From assembly GCA_043228905.1 (NCBI GenBank), contig JBHGNT010000001.1, positions 15,128,001 through 15,192,000 of the forward strand: DNA of 64,000 nucleotides, in the 5' to 3' direction. Positions 50,180 to 63,477 of the stretch are shown in pieces. The notes under the pieces were generated by a model. It did no database searches and had not been told where the DNA came from. It saw only the letters and a program-made list of their open reading frames with translations. Origin of the DNA: Azolla caroliniana. Taxonomy: Eukaryota; Plantae; Polypodiophyta. Position numbers and translations under genes: made by a program. Within the stretch, counting starts at the first letter, position 1, and each line of letters starts with the position of its first letter.

Positions 50180-52830
50180 TTGTTCCGGAGTGCCCGCTTT
50201 CCTTTCGGCAACTCCACCAATTCATACGTATGGTTCTCATGCAGGGCATCCATCTCATCCTGCATGGCACTTAACCATTTGCAACTGTGGGTGTCATCCT
50301 TCGCTTCTTCGAAGCTTTCTGGCTCCCCCTCATCGGTTAGCAGCACATGCTTTGCATCCAGAAATCTCCGGGGGGGGCCTTCTCTCTCTGAGAGGATATC
50401 TCCGTCTTTGGGCTTCGGTAACCAGATCCTCCATTTGCTCTTCATCCGAATCCGATTCGGGGTCTTGGCCGGTTCCAGTTTCAGCTTCCTCTACTGCTTC
50501 TTTTGCCGGTTTGGTATCCTCACCGTAACCAGCTAGTTCCTCGAGTGCTAACCGATCTCTTGCCGATTGGGTCTGTTGATCGTAGAATCGATCCTTACCG
50601 GTCAACTCGGAGTTCATTATCTTCTTCTTCGACTCCCAGTCGGCGAGTATCTTGTTCTCCATGAAGATAATATCTCGACTCCGGAATACCTTCTTGTCGA
50701 CCGGGTCCCACAGTTGGTAGCCGAACTCATCGTCGCCGTAGCCGAGGAATATGCATGGCCGGGTCTTTGGATCTAACTTTCCTCTCCAGTCCTTAGCTAC
50801 ATGCACATATGCAAGACACCCGAATACCTTCAGATGCCGGTAGGACACTTCCTTACCGGTCCAGACTCTCTGTGGCGTGTCTCCGTCCAAGGCTAATGAG
50901 GGTGATCTATTTATCACATATGTCGCCGTCGACAGTGCCTTAGCCCAAAACTTCTTGGGTAGTTTTGCATGCGCCAACATACTCCGGACCCTCTCCATTA
51001 TGGTTCGGTCCATCCTCTCGGCCAGCCCGTTTAGTTCCGCCGTCTTCGGCACGGTAAATTCGAGCCAGATTCCCTTCGAGCGACAGTACTCCTCGAACTA
51101 CCCCCAGTATTCACCTCCGTTATCTGCTCGAATCGCCTTCAGCTTCCGACCGGTCTCTCTTTCCACTCTCGCGTGGAGCTCTTTGAAGATGGATAACACC
51201 TGATCCTTCATCTTCAATGGTGTGGCCCATAGCTTCCGGCTGTGGTCATCTATGAACGTCACGAAGTACTACGATCCGGCATGTGACTTCGTATCCAATT
51301 GACATACATCCGTATGCACCAACTCCAGTGGCGAATTACGTCTCATCAGTGGCCTTGATCGGAAGGAGGTCCGGTTTTTCTTACCGGCCAGACAATCAGT
51401 GCACTTCTCCAAGTGCACGTTCTTCACTGGAATGAGGTTGTCATCTGCAAGCCTCCTCATCCCCTTCTGACTCATGTGACACAGCCTTCTGTGCCACAGC
51501 TCACCGGCAGTGTCGGATGCCACGTTCACTTCCTCCGGACATAATCGGGCATTAATCAGGTACAATGTGTTTACCTTCCGGGCCCGAGCCACAATCAGAC
51601 TGCCTTTGCTGAACTTCATAACATCGTTCCGGATGCTACCCGTGTAGCCTTCATCATCTAGCCGAGCGGCTGATATCAGGTTCAGACGAACCTCTGGAAC
51701 ATGTCAGACATCCTTCAGTAGCAGCTTGCATCCGGTTGCATTCAGACGAACCTCCTCATCTAGCAAGCTCGACTTCACTCTTTCTAGGGATAACCGTTTC
51801 CCTTCCGACCCGGCATTGCCCAAAGTGACAACCAACGTCTCCCAGCTATTCGGGAGGGAACCGAGCAGGAGTAGTGCTAGTACCTCATCGGCAAGAGGTA
51901 CTTCCAATGATGTTGCCTAGTGTATCAGCCCCTGGAAGGCATTCATGTGCTCCGCCATGCTGGAGCTATCTTGGTACCGGAGTCTTACTAGCTTCCAGAA
52001 TACCAAAACCTGGTTAACAACATTTTTGTTCTGAAACATAATGCCGATCTTCTCCCAGAGCTCATGAGCCTTGCTCTTGTCGATGAAACACCGTATGTAC
52101 GCCGTTGTCTTCATGTGCATCACCTCCCATATTGTGGCGTCGATATTGTCCAGTCTCTTATCCCTGAACTAAACCGGTAACCAAAGATCTTTAACTATGA
52201 GCATGTCCCTCATCTTCGACTTCCACACTGAATAGTTGGAGCCGGTGAGCTTGAACATGCCGCCCAAAGATTCATCCATTTTCGGTGTCGTTTCGCTCTG
52301 ATACCACTTTGATAGGAACTACACGCTCCGATGAACAACGCTCGGCCACAACCGAGTCTAAAATCAAACACAGAAAACAGGTAATGAATGCACGACACAA
52401 AGGTGAGAGAAGAGTGCACAGGATGTTTAACGTGGAAAACCTTGAGAGGGAAAAACCACGGAAGTCCACCGACTTCAAATTATCACTATATCACAATGAT
52501 TAGAAGAGTGAGTTCACGGAGGCAACAACCTCGTGCTCACGATCTTCGCCACAGGCGGAGGTTACAATAGAGGCAACGACCTCTTCCTCTCTTTGTCTCT
52601 CTCTGTACATTGTTACGCGCTCTCTAGTCTTGCACCAAAAAGAATGATAACAACGCTATTTACAAAAGTCATATTTCAAAAGTTTGCCCTAAGTCATATT
52701 TATACTAATATGACTTTTCGGCTATTTACAAATATAGCCACGATGGACTCTCAGAAACATATTTACGAATATGTCTCTTCATTCGGAGAGCGCTCCGCAC
52801 CGGGCCTGCATCATCCGGATCTTGCCGGGC

Positions 52831-53175
52831 ACTCGTCATCCGGTTCTCACCGGGTCTGTACCATCCGGCTCTCCGTAGTTGGAGTACTCCTCATCCGGTT
52901 CTCACCGGGTCTGCACCATCCGGCTCTCCGTAGCCGGGTACTCCTCATCCGGTTCTCACCGGGTCTGCGCTATCCGGCTCTTCGTAGCCGGGTACTCCTC
53001 ATCCGGTTCTCACCGGGTCTGCGCCATCCGGTTGTCCGTAGCCGGGTACTCCTCATCCGGTTCTCACTGGGTCTGCGCCATCCGGATCTCCGTAGCCGGG
53101 TACTCCTCATCCGGTTCTCACCGGGTCTGCGCTATCCTGGTCTCCATAGCCGGGTACTCCTCATCCGGTTTCGGC
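52831..53175. repeat. 54-bp minisatellite in LTR (~7 units; ~4 units in the sister LTR at 47845-48015)
   Basis: tactcctcatccggttctcaccgggtctg at 52885, 52939, 52993, 53047, 53101 and 53155 (last unit partial). Confidence 0.92.
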
Positions 53176-55049
53176 CTCAGCCGAGTTTGCTCATCAACAC
53201 TATTCTTCTCCCTTCCCATCTGGAGGGACCTGTTTCCTAACAAATATCACCTTATATCTGTTGTCATCAAGCTGACCAACATACATTAGACTACGAGTTA
53301 GTTGAGGAACATGGCATACATCTTTTATGGTAAGATGAGAACCATCACTAAAGTGCATTGAGATTGTCCAATGTGAATCACATCATAGTGATGTGAGTCT
53401 CCAAGTCTTGCTTTGCCATGTGACTTGGCTTCATAACATGTGAACCACTATCTATGTGGAGGCACATGGAATCATGCACCGGAGTCCAACAACCACATAT
53501 TGAGATGGTTAAAAAACCATATTCGCCCCAACATGTGTGCTAACATCATCTAAGACCAAGATGTCCATCTCATCACATGTCGCATTTACTTTCTCTATTT
53601 CCACTGAGGAAGAGGGACCACTAGATTGTCTTTCATGCCCATCACCTTTGGATTTAGCATTATCTTTTTCCTTATTTTTCAAGGAATAACAATCTTTCTT
53701 GAGATGTCCAAAGCTTCTTATGGCAATAATGACATTCCATGTTTTTCTTCCTAGACTTTCTTCTACCTTAATCGTTTCCACTGTTATTTCTCATTTGGCT
53801 CCTACCATGTTGTTGGTTCTTGTGAGAACCAACATCATAAACATTATATGCATCTCCATTATGTGATGCAGTCATAGATTTCCTATGAATCTCTTTGCTC
53901 AATAGTGCTCCACATATGTCATTATAGACTAGTTTCCCATTTGGTGCACTATTGCTAACAACAGTGCAAAATGTGTCCCATGACGTAGGCAAAGTGCATA
54001 ATAGAAATACAAATTTTAGCTCATCATCCATAGTCATTTTTTGAGCCTGTAATTTTGACCATAGTGCATGAGAATCATTCAAATCAGAGGTGACACTATC
54101 GTTGTCCTTAATTGAAGATCATAAAGTTTTCTCATTAGATAAACTTTATTTGATGTGGTCTCTTTTTCATAAGTAGTACATAGTTTAGTCCATAACTTTT
54201 CGGCCGAGTCATAGTCCAAGACTGTGAAGTATACATTGTCAACTCGGTGCAATCTTATGGTAGACATTGCCAAGAGATCAAGCTCTTCCCAATCGTCATT
54301 GGACATGCCCTCGGGTCTCTTGGCCTCGCCACCTAATGGCCTTAATTTCCTTCTTTGATTTTTCCACAAGGCGAGGTTGTATCCCTCAAATATACGGATC
54401 TCAAGGTGGTATTTTCCACTCATAGAGTGATTTCTATGGGAATTAAAGGAACTACTGCATGAGATACTCAAAACCTCAGCCATTTCAAAAGTCATTGGGT
54501 AAATGGAGTGCGACTAAAACACAACTTCCAATTTTACAATCTCGCCTCAAGTGAGCAAGCCTTTAACATGCAAATCCTTTGTTTTGTAAACCAAAAACAC
54601 TCCTCTCTTTTGAAAAAAAAAACAAAGACTAGTAAATACGTAGTTACTGTTTCTACTATCTCTAGGTCAAAAGAGGGAAAAAATGAGTTGTAACAGCAAC
54701 AAGTACTAGATATTACCTTTGTTTGGCGACTTTCTACAAACAATATACACAGAGGGGGGCAAACAATAGAGAAAACGAATGATTCCTACCATAGACGAGG
54801 TCTTTCACGAAGCCATTCACTCTGATACCACTGTTGTATGAGCAAGGGGAAGCAGATGAGCTATTTTTTGTTGTTTTTCTATAGAGAAAAGGGTGAACAA
54901 CACAGAGGAGAAAACAACACAGGAAAAGACACAAGAAAATATTTTTGGCGGGCACATACAACCCTTGTTTTTTTTTAACTTATATACCTAGTGATAAATA
55001 GTGAGAATTACTTTTTTGGCCTTTCTCACTATCAATCATTGAAGTAAAT

Positions 55050-55775
55050 ATCATCGTCTTTTAGATTAGCAAAGAGTTGGTCTTTATCCAAACAAGCATA
55101 AAAATTTGAATATTGATGAGGAATGTAGCATTCAATTACAGAAGTGGGAATATCATTTGGTGTTTCTAATTTAAGCTATATATAACATTTATGGTAAGCA
55201 TTTTTTATGATTGACACATCTTTCTCTAATTCTCTCTTAATCAAAGATGTCATCCTTCCTTGTCGTCTTTGTTGCCTTGGATTTTTCACCCAGAGATTAT
55301 AGTTGCCCAAGTTTAAATCCTTTGAGTATTATGCTCCAAGTTTAAACAAGTATGATTTGATTCATTCGTCAACTCCGTTGTGTTAAATCCCACATTCTAC
55401 GGATATCCATTGTAATTCCAAAACCATAGTTTGGGTATCTTTCCAGCTTTGGGCACATGTTCAAAGTTATTTTTCAATTCTTCTTCATATGCTCTACAAC
55501 GAGCATTTTGTTGTAGGATACCTTTGTAGTGCACCCAACTATTTTCGAGTATGGTCCTTTGTTTTGTGTCTTAAACTATTGTGAATACGACAGGTCTTTC
55601 TTGTAAACAATCAACACAGTGTTTCCTAACTTGGTGTGCCCCATGCACATTCACATTTGATAACCAATGCGCATATTAAAGAATTCATTGATGACCCTAC
55701 AAGGGAGTTATGCATTTCCATACTCTTCTGTTTAATCCCACGAATGACAATATTCTTTGATCTCTCCATTCATGT
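55050..55775 (-). pseudogene. Decayed LINE ORF1 end and start of APE endonuclease
   Basis: ERSKNIVIRGIK...RPVVFT..D.K.RTIL.N (ORF1 RRM-like), then LWFWNYNGYP (APE first motif-like). Confidence 0.5.
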
Positions 55776-55858
55776 TCATTGAAGATACACTCTATTTATT
55801 TGTGGTAGGTACATCAATACCAAGATACTTAAAGCTTTGGACAAAATTGTACATGTTC

Positions 55859-55912
<54 letters not shown>

Positions 55913-56591
55913 CAGAGACAAAGAGATACTTAGATGGATGCCATTTAAATGCTACATAAACACCTAACTTTTGTTTTAGGGTTTGAAAAAGTGTTAAGGG
56001 CTTTGATATACCCAAGACTAATAATGGGATTAGTAAGATTCAATTGGATACATTCTATCCTTTTTTCCTTGACTTGGACCCAACATCAAGGGTTAATATA
56101 TGCAATATTATATTTGAATTTTGACATTTTCTCATCCTTAGCTATAGGTCATATAACTTCTATTGATTTTGGTGTGATGTTTCATTTTGTATTACTTTAT
56201 GTTTATTATCTTTTTTTAAATGAATGGTTCTTCTAGTATAAGATGGAAATAAAGGTGGAATTTTATACATTAATGTAATATAAAGGGCATTTGAAGTTGA
56301 CAACCAAGTGTAAAAAGTATATATGAAGATAAAATGTGACTTTCAAAGTTTAGTGCCTATTGGCCCCACAATTTAACACCGGGAACTAATTACATTCGCC
56401 ATTTCGTTTGTTTGTGGTTACACACAAGGAAACAAAACACACATAGCTATGTGACAAACCTTATTTTTCCATTGAATCGCATGGTCCAAAATGGAATTAG
56501 TCTTCCACATAATCACAACTTTGTGAAAAATCTGATCATTTGGACCGAATCACACGGTCCAAATAGAATTAGTTCTTAAAATGAATTTCAG

Positions 56592-56631
<40 letters not shown>

Positions 56632-56639
56632 GAGCATAG

Positions 56640-56648
56640 CATATAAAC
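56640..56648 (+). promoter_or_regulatory. TATA box of the dirigent gene
   Basis: atataaa about 145 bp upstream of the ATG, preceded by (CT)n. Confidence 0.5.
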
Positions 56649-56785
56649 CCCTATATTCAAAGGCTATCATATCCATACATTCAATTCCTAACTCTATATC
56701 TATCTATCATAGTCATTCAGTCTAATCTATCTCGCACTCTATTATCTAATACATAACCTTGCTCCGAGAAGATTATACATATAGT

Positions 56786-57340
56786 ATGGCTCGTCTCACA
56801 TATAACATCATTACCATGCTTTGCTTGGTCTTGGCCATATGGACCTCGTCAGTGTTGGCCCGGAGGAGCCCGCCACAGGGACCAGAGACCTTCAGCTTCT
56901 ACATCCACAACCAAGTCTACAACCCGGCCGTCAACAACTCCGTCTTCGACTCCGTGTACAGCGCCGGACCCTTCAACTTCAGCCAGCCCAACCCTTATAA
57001 TTTCGGTGTGCGCTCCACATTTGAGGACCCCATAACCGCCGACCCGTCGCGAGATTCAGAGCCCATCGGAGTGGCTCAGGGCTTCTGGATCTTTGACTCC
57101 CAGAAGGAATACGTGCTCTTCCACGTCTTCACTGCGACCATTACGTCGGGACCGTACACGGGCACCATCTCCATCATTGGGCAGCTGGTGGAGGCCACAG
57201 ACACCCGCACCCTGGCGGTGGTCGGCGGCACCGGACACTTCCTCGCCGCACGTGGGGCTGCAGTAAACAAACTCGTGACGATCGACCACACGCCGCCTGC
57301 CCACTGGACCCTCTCCTTTGACCTGGATCTCTACTATTAA
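56786..57340 (+). CDS. Dirigent-family protein (PF03018-like), secreted, intronless, 184 aa
   Basis: Signal-peptide-like N-terminus; FSFYIHN, FG..FEDPIT, IGVAQG, GTISIIG, RTLAVVGGTGHFLAARG; intact GC-rich ORF. Confidence 0.93.
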   Translation: MARLTYNIITMLCLVLAIWTSSVLARRSPPQGPETFSFYIHNQVYNPAVNNSVFDSVYSAGPFNFSQPNPYNFGVRSTFEDPITADPSRDSEPIGVAQGFWIFDSQKEYVLFHVFTATITSGPYTGTISIIGQLVEATDTRTLAVVGGTGHFLAARGAAVNKLVTIDHTPPAHWTLSFDLDLYY

Positions 57341-58324
57341 TGCCTATGTCTAATAATCGGATTCTTATCTAGTACCGAATATATGATGCTTTATAATCAG
57401 TTCGTATTTTGTTCATAAGATGCCGTCTTCCTTTACAATGTATGTTCTTTCTTAACTCTATAATATATATATGTTCTTCCTTTAACTTTGCAGTATATAT
57501 CATTTTAGCCATAATTCATGGAGGATCGACTTTCTGCCTATGAAATTCCTATAGGCTGTAACTGTAATGTTTGTGATGGCTCTCAACCCGCCTACATGAT
57601 GGATTTAGTCTTGTCACGCATGCTAAGATAACGTTTGGAATATATTAATGTTTCAAAACAATGGTTGCCACCCTACAATTTCAATGAAGAAAGCCATCCT
57701 CAAAGCTTGAACTTTATGATTGTAATAACACGAGCCGTTACACATATAATTAGGGGCAAAAAGTTCGTAATGCGTTCTCACTAAGTATATTATTAGGCCG
57801 ATAGGCCATTATAAACTTATAGCCTAGATGTGTCACATCTATTGCTTGAAAGATTATCTTTATACAGCTAATAATAGTTCACCTTATTTATTATTAAATA
57901 CTAATAATAAAGAAAGAAAGTGAAAGATAATCATTGGTAAAAAATTACTATACGTGTAAGAATCGAAAACAAAGAAATTTCTCTCCTGTTCCCATTGCTA
58001 CGTTAGATATCGTCTCCAAGATGTTCATCTTTGTCAAGGACATCTTTTGGCAACATGCTATATGTTTTGGTTGTTTTGTTGGGCTTTGTCAAGGAGTGGG
58101 CCCATCTGAGCGTTGCCCAAATATCCATGGATACTTTATGTCATGTTCCTTCTGGTCACTCAAGCCTCATAAGAAGTGATGCTTAAAAGAAACATGTCAA
58201 ATGTTGTCACTCTGATACGGCTACAACTTTATACATGATTGATCTTCATTGTGTAAAGATAACTTTGAAATCCGAAATAGGTTAAATTCTTCAAGAATAA
58301 AATGGATCCAATATCTATGTCCAT

Positions 58325-58790
58325 ATCTATGGGCCAAGTTCAGTTTCTCTGCCTTGAAACCAAACCGGACCAAGCCATTTATAGAAAACAAAAACCAAAC
58401 CAAACCATTTATAAACTCCCAAGTCTTTAAACGAAACTATTAAAAACAGGTAACCCAAACCAAACCATTTAATCACAAATTTAAACCTATGCATTTAAGT
58501 GAAATCAATTAAAAATTAACGAAATAAAAATACATTAAATTAAATAAGTATTTGAGTTAAACTCATTAAATCAATACATATACATTAACTAAACCATTAA
58601 ATTAATAAACTATTCAGAAAATAAAAAAAGTTAACCAAAAACCATTAAATGTAACAACGTAAACCTATAAATTGGTAAATCCGAGTTTTAGAACTAAAGT
58701 GAACTAAACCAAACTGTTCAATAATAATTATATTGGAATCGATAAACTAGTAAACCATGCTTAATGGTTTGGTTTGGTTTGAGCCATAAC
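58325..58790. repeat. AT-rich MITE-like element with AAACC/GGTTT subterminal repeats
   Basis: Many aaaccaaacc units and a ggtttggtttggttt end; no clean TIR or TSD identified. Confidence 0.4.
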
Positions 58791-58892
58791 TGGGTTAGTA
58801 ACTAATAATCCACCAACAACTACAATAGCTACTTTATCGTGATTTGACATTTTTAATTAAGGGAGTGAAATATAATTGTAAAAAGAGATAAG

Positions 58893-60140
58893 TGTAGAAG
58901 CGTATGCGTAAGACACAAAGTAAACAATCAATTATCCAGAAGTATAACAATTAGGTAAACACAGAGAATGTAAGAGAGAGAGAGAGAGAGAGACTGAGTG
59001 AGCAGACAGGCAAAAATTCTATTACAAAATGCTCAGTACATACAATGTGCTTAGTAAGAATTATTTATACAAGTCCCAAAAGGACTGACAAAAGTACTGA
59101 TAAGTACTTCAATGCTCATCAAAGATCATGTCCCACTAATTGCCTACGTTGGACCTATTTAATAGAATAGGTCCCGAATCGGCTTCCACAACCGCCCCAT
59201 CATTGAGTTTGGATCCGGTATCCAGTTCGGAGCTAGCCAACTAAGCCTAGTCAACCGGATTGATCCTGGTCTAGCCTACCGGTTTATCAAGCCGGTCGGG
59301 CCCATGTTGACATTGCTTGCTCAACACTCCCCCTCAAGCTCAACTTGAGGTCAGTCCGTCATTTCAGATTTAGCCGGTCCTTGCTTCCGGCTCCTTCTAG
59401 CGTTCTCACGCTTAGCTCGCGCTCCTCGTCCAGTCCAGTCCCCCGTTCCATGACCCCTTTGGTCCAACACTACTTGACCCCTCTGGTTCCGCGTCCCTCA
59501 ACCCCTACAGTTGGTACGTCTACTCTTCAGGCCCTTCTCAACTTCCTAGTTGTTGTGATATTGGTGCCCCTCGACCCGTCGACTCCTCCATATCAACATC
59601 GGCTTCGGTTTCCTCCTTGTCTGCTTCGCCTTCATGGGTTTCAACTCGTCTGAATCATACCACTCGACCGAATCGGTTGTCTCTGATTCATCTTCTGTCT
59701 TGTATGAATCAATTATATCTCAGAATCACCTTTCTTCAGGCCTTTGACTACGTTTGCCCATGTCTTAGTCCTGGCCTTCTTCTTTCAGTCGGCTCTGTCC
59801 TTCTTGACTCTACTGCCTCTGCCGCCTCCTTTGGCTCTGACTCCGCCTTCTTTGGTTGGCTCCAACTCCAGCTTGTTTCTTGGTCCACTCCCCTTGCATT
59901 CGTCCTCGGCTTCTTCAGTCATCCTGAAATCGAATTCCACATATGGTATGGGTCTTCAGACTTCATGTCTCTTCCTTTCATTCTTGCTTTCCCGACTTCT
60001 CCCTCTCAAGTTCAGCATGTCGAGTTGTTGTAAGACAAGCCTACTCGAAAATTGCCGCAACTTGTCTAGGCCAAGAGATTTGGTGAAGATATTCGTAGCC
60101 TTCCGATCCGTAGGAACATACACAAGTGTTGGGAAATGAG
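58893..60140 (-). mobile_element. Ty1/copia 3' end: RNase H tail, long 3' UTR, PPT, LTR (~58893-59326)
   Basis: VYVPTDRKATNIFTKSLG; ctccccctcaagc after ..caaca; LTR similar to 46589-46915. Confidence 0.75.
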
Positions 60141-60446
60141 TCCCTTCGGATGGGAAGGAGAGCACGAGGAGGATTTGTTGGATTCAAGGAAGAAGAACAA
60201 TTGGTTCTGGAATCGGTATCTGAATCAACATCTAGATAGGCATCCAAAAGAAGGTCAATTTTGTAAATAGGTTTTGTTGTGCTTATTTGGGCCAGAATTG
60301 TAAATAGCCCTAAAAGTTGTATTAGTATAAATACAACTAGGGCAAATCATTAGTAATGTTGTTGAGCAGTTATAGTGTGTAGTTGCCTCTATAACTAGGT
60401 GTGTGTGTAGGAGGGTGAGAGAGTGTAGTAACGTTGTTATTAGAGA

Positions 60447-63033
60447 TTAGGTACTAAAGTAAGCATAAAATAAGGATATATCAATGATAGATCTAGAAAG
60501 AATAGAGAGAAAAGAGAGAAAGAAGGGTGCCGATCCACCCGACCACCCCCGAGCGAAGGGATCGAGACGGACTCGAGCCTCGATCGGCGTCCCATACCAC
60601 CGCCTTGGCGTTGAGTCGTACCTGGACGATAGCGCGCTTGCTACAAGAGTCGTTCCACTCACGGACAGAGTCTCGACGTAGTCAATGCATGCCCAAATGA
60701 GGGTAGCTAGGCCTCTTATTTATAGTAATTCTCAAGGCCCCCAGCCATGTTCACACTTGGCCTCATGGGTTGTCTCAATCCCGAGGATTAAAAGTAATCC
60801 TCCCCTTCTTTAGACTCTTTGTTTAACCCTCACACTTATCCACGTGTATAGAATACTACGACAATTCTCACCACGGGATATTATATGGTCATGCCCGTAA
60901 CAGTTGTCTACCGAAGAGAACTCAAGGTAGTTGCCTATAGTGATAGTTTGGAGTTTGTGGACTCCCATGGTTTTTCCCTATTAGGGTTTTCCTTGTCAAG
61001 TTTGTCCAAGATACTTTGGTCCATTGGCTCCAACAATTCTTCTTCATTCATAGTCTACTACTGCATCTTCGCCTGTTGTTGCTGTCATTGCTCCTCCTCA
61101 CCTTGTTGTTGTTTGGGTGCTTTCTCTGCTCGTTGCTCCGGTTGTGTCTTTGGCTCTTCTCTCTACGTCTTCGGCTGAGGTTCCGGCTGTTTTTGTGTTG
61201 AGTCCACTGCTACTAATGTGTTGAGGTCTCCGGTTATTGATCTTCTTTATTAATGTTTATTTGTTTAGGTCTTTGCTCTGCTGCTTTGCGCATTCTCTCT
61301 CGCTCATACGCCTCCAACTCCACTGTGGCCTATAGTTGATCATCATCAAATTCCTCTAGCAGCTTTTGGACTGCATCTATCTGTAATTCAGCTAGCGCAT
61401 TGAGGTCCTCCGACAACTCGTCTTGAATGGTGATTATACTTTCTTCGTCCATCTTGTAGAAGTTTTCACCAGCTTTCTTTTGGTTTTCGGGATCGGCATG
61501 GAGAACCTAGAGCTCAGCCGCCTGCTTCGACCACTGATTTCAGACCGCTACAGAATAGTCGTCTACTTTTGTTCGCATTCGTTCCCTCTAGACTCTGATA
61601 ATCATCCAAACACGTTTGATGCCCATTTGTACCTTCTCCTCCGTGGCCTCCTTTTCCTTTTTGAGCTGCTTCATCAGTGTTGCTGCTACCATGGCTTCAA
61701 CCTCATAATTCATGAGTTGGGTTTGATATGTTATTTGCACCTTATCAAACACCATCTTCGACTATTCGATTTCCTGGTTATGCCCCAATAGCAACTCCAT
61801 TCATTCCTTTGCTGCTTCCTCCAATAATTTCGTCGTTGTTTCCGCCAAAAGTCTTTCATGTGCCGCCAACGTCTTCGTTTTCTACTTCACTTATGTGCGA
61901 TCCTCCTTCAGTTTTTCTTGTTGTTGGTAATACTCTTTCTCGAGCTCCTTTTGCTCCTAGTACAGCTTGTCAAAGTTCTCTGACATTTCTTTTAGTCGTG
62001 AGTTGGTTTGTGCCCGCAACTCCGTCAACACCTCCATTTTCTACTTCACTTATATGCGAGCCTCCTTAAGTTTTTCTCGTTACGAGTCATGCTCTTTCTC
62101 GAGCTCCTTGTGCTCCCTCGTCAGAATGTACTCACTAGCGGCCTCGAGGACGTCTATTTCAAATAACGGGATTATCCGCAGATTTTTGTCTAGATACGCT
62201 TCGTGTTCCGTATCCTCCAATCCGTCTAGCATATTAATTTCTTCCACGTATAGTGGCATTATCTCCTTCGTAGGTGCGGTTGTCTCCTGCGTCGGTACCC
62301 GGACCTTGTTTCGTCCTCGACGGAAGCTAATGCAGTTGTGTTGCCAGTTCTGCTTGATATTAACAGACCGCAACCATGGTCTTCCTAACAAGATCAGATA
62401 TGCCCATGGAGCGTCCAAAGCCAACACAACTGCCGAAATTTCAAATTTGTGTCTGCCAATTACAATTGCTAGCTTTTGGATCAACCCCAATGGTCTGACG
62501 AAATGGGTGTCTACAATTCCGAGCCAAAATGGGCATGCCTCCCATTTTGTAATATCGAGGCGGTTAGATGTGGGTTTACTAATCATATTCACCCCGGAAC
62601 CACCGTTGACAATGCATCCCGTGATTTCCTGCCCTTGCACCACCACCTTGATGGTTGTGTTATGGTCATCTACCACTGTTGGGCCAGTGCTAGATTCTGT
62701 GTAATCGGTCGAGATCTCTAGGCCATTTGTGTGCCGCATCCAGTTTTCCACGGTTTGCCGAAATCAAGGGACGAGTCTTAGTAATTTATCCATGGGGAGT
62801 GTAATTTAGCACTCTGCCATTGCTTGCCATATCCGGTCTGGCATTAGGGCCGAGCCTTCCCTATGTGTGACAGTGGGGCCGAACTCTTGCCGCATGCGTT
62901 CCACATTGGCTTCATTCGCCTTCTCTATCCAGGCCTATGCAACTTTGTAGATCTCGTGTTGCTCCGCCCAGTCCGTGTTTTTTGCCTTACTGCGTGTTGT
63001 GACCTACTGAACGTCTATTGTGATCGTATTTCA
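60447..63033 (-). mobile_element. Ty3/gypsy deletion derivative: LTR (to 60902), coiled-coil region, aspartic protease, gag end
   Basis: CIVNGGSGVNMI...LILLGRPWL protease. LTR matches 16320-16490 and 26162-26241. No RT or INT between the protease and the 3' region. Confidence 0.75.
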
Positions 63034-63477
63034 TGTTACCCGTAAGAATATACAGGGAGGCATAAGGGTATGTGTAATGATGTGGTTGATGTGTATGTGT
63101 AAAGTAAATGAGTGTGTGAGGATGAGTATGTGTGAGCACATGCACAAGAGTGTAATGGCCGTCTCTTTTGGAACAATCATTATTTACCGTTACATTATGT
63201 ATTATATAAACCCCTTATGGGGCATCTAATGGACCCTCCCTCCGTTGATCTCCCCTAACTCATCGACCCTCCCTTGAGAGGGAAGTCTCTCTCTATTTCT
63301 ATCTCCCTCTCTATACCTTCTCTATTGTTTGTATTTGCGTGTATGCCTCGGTGTGGTGGTGTGTGTTGTTGCAAGAAAAACCTAAGTCAATCAAAGACGT
63401 CCATGGCCATGGTGCCTGAAGCTCCCACCCTCCTCATCACGATCCCTTGACAAAAAGTCACTCTCCCTCTCTCCCTC

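Larger units (their letters stand above)
47343..53242 (-). mobile_element. Two-LTR Ty1/copia (Tnt1/Tork-like): LTRs 47343-48064 and 52310-53242, TSD aatat
   Basis: TG..CA LTRs; TSD at 47338-47342 and 53243-53247; iMet PBS 52296-52306; PPT at 48065. Protease region deleted and RT partly duplicated. Homologous to 17053-22241. Confidence 0.95.
46916..54990 (-). mobile_element. Older Ty1/copia (gag-PR-INT start) split by the element at 47343-53242
   Basis: PBS ctctgatacca at ~54820; gag 54470-53700; WLLDSGA at 53490; WHGLLGHMS and FIDDAT at 46930-47330. Confidence 0.85.

Noticed and set aside
52533-53289. Repeat-protein ORFs (235 and 136 aa)
   Set aside because: They are a by-product of a stop-free 54-bp LTR minisatellite.
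56374-56384. aacaccggg matching the reconstructed TIR start
   Set aside because: Only 9 bp match and the following sequence differs, so it is likely chance.
57930-58220. Possible coding remnant downstream of the dirigent gene
   Set aside because: No recognisable motif; too decayed to call.
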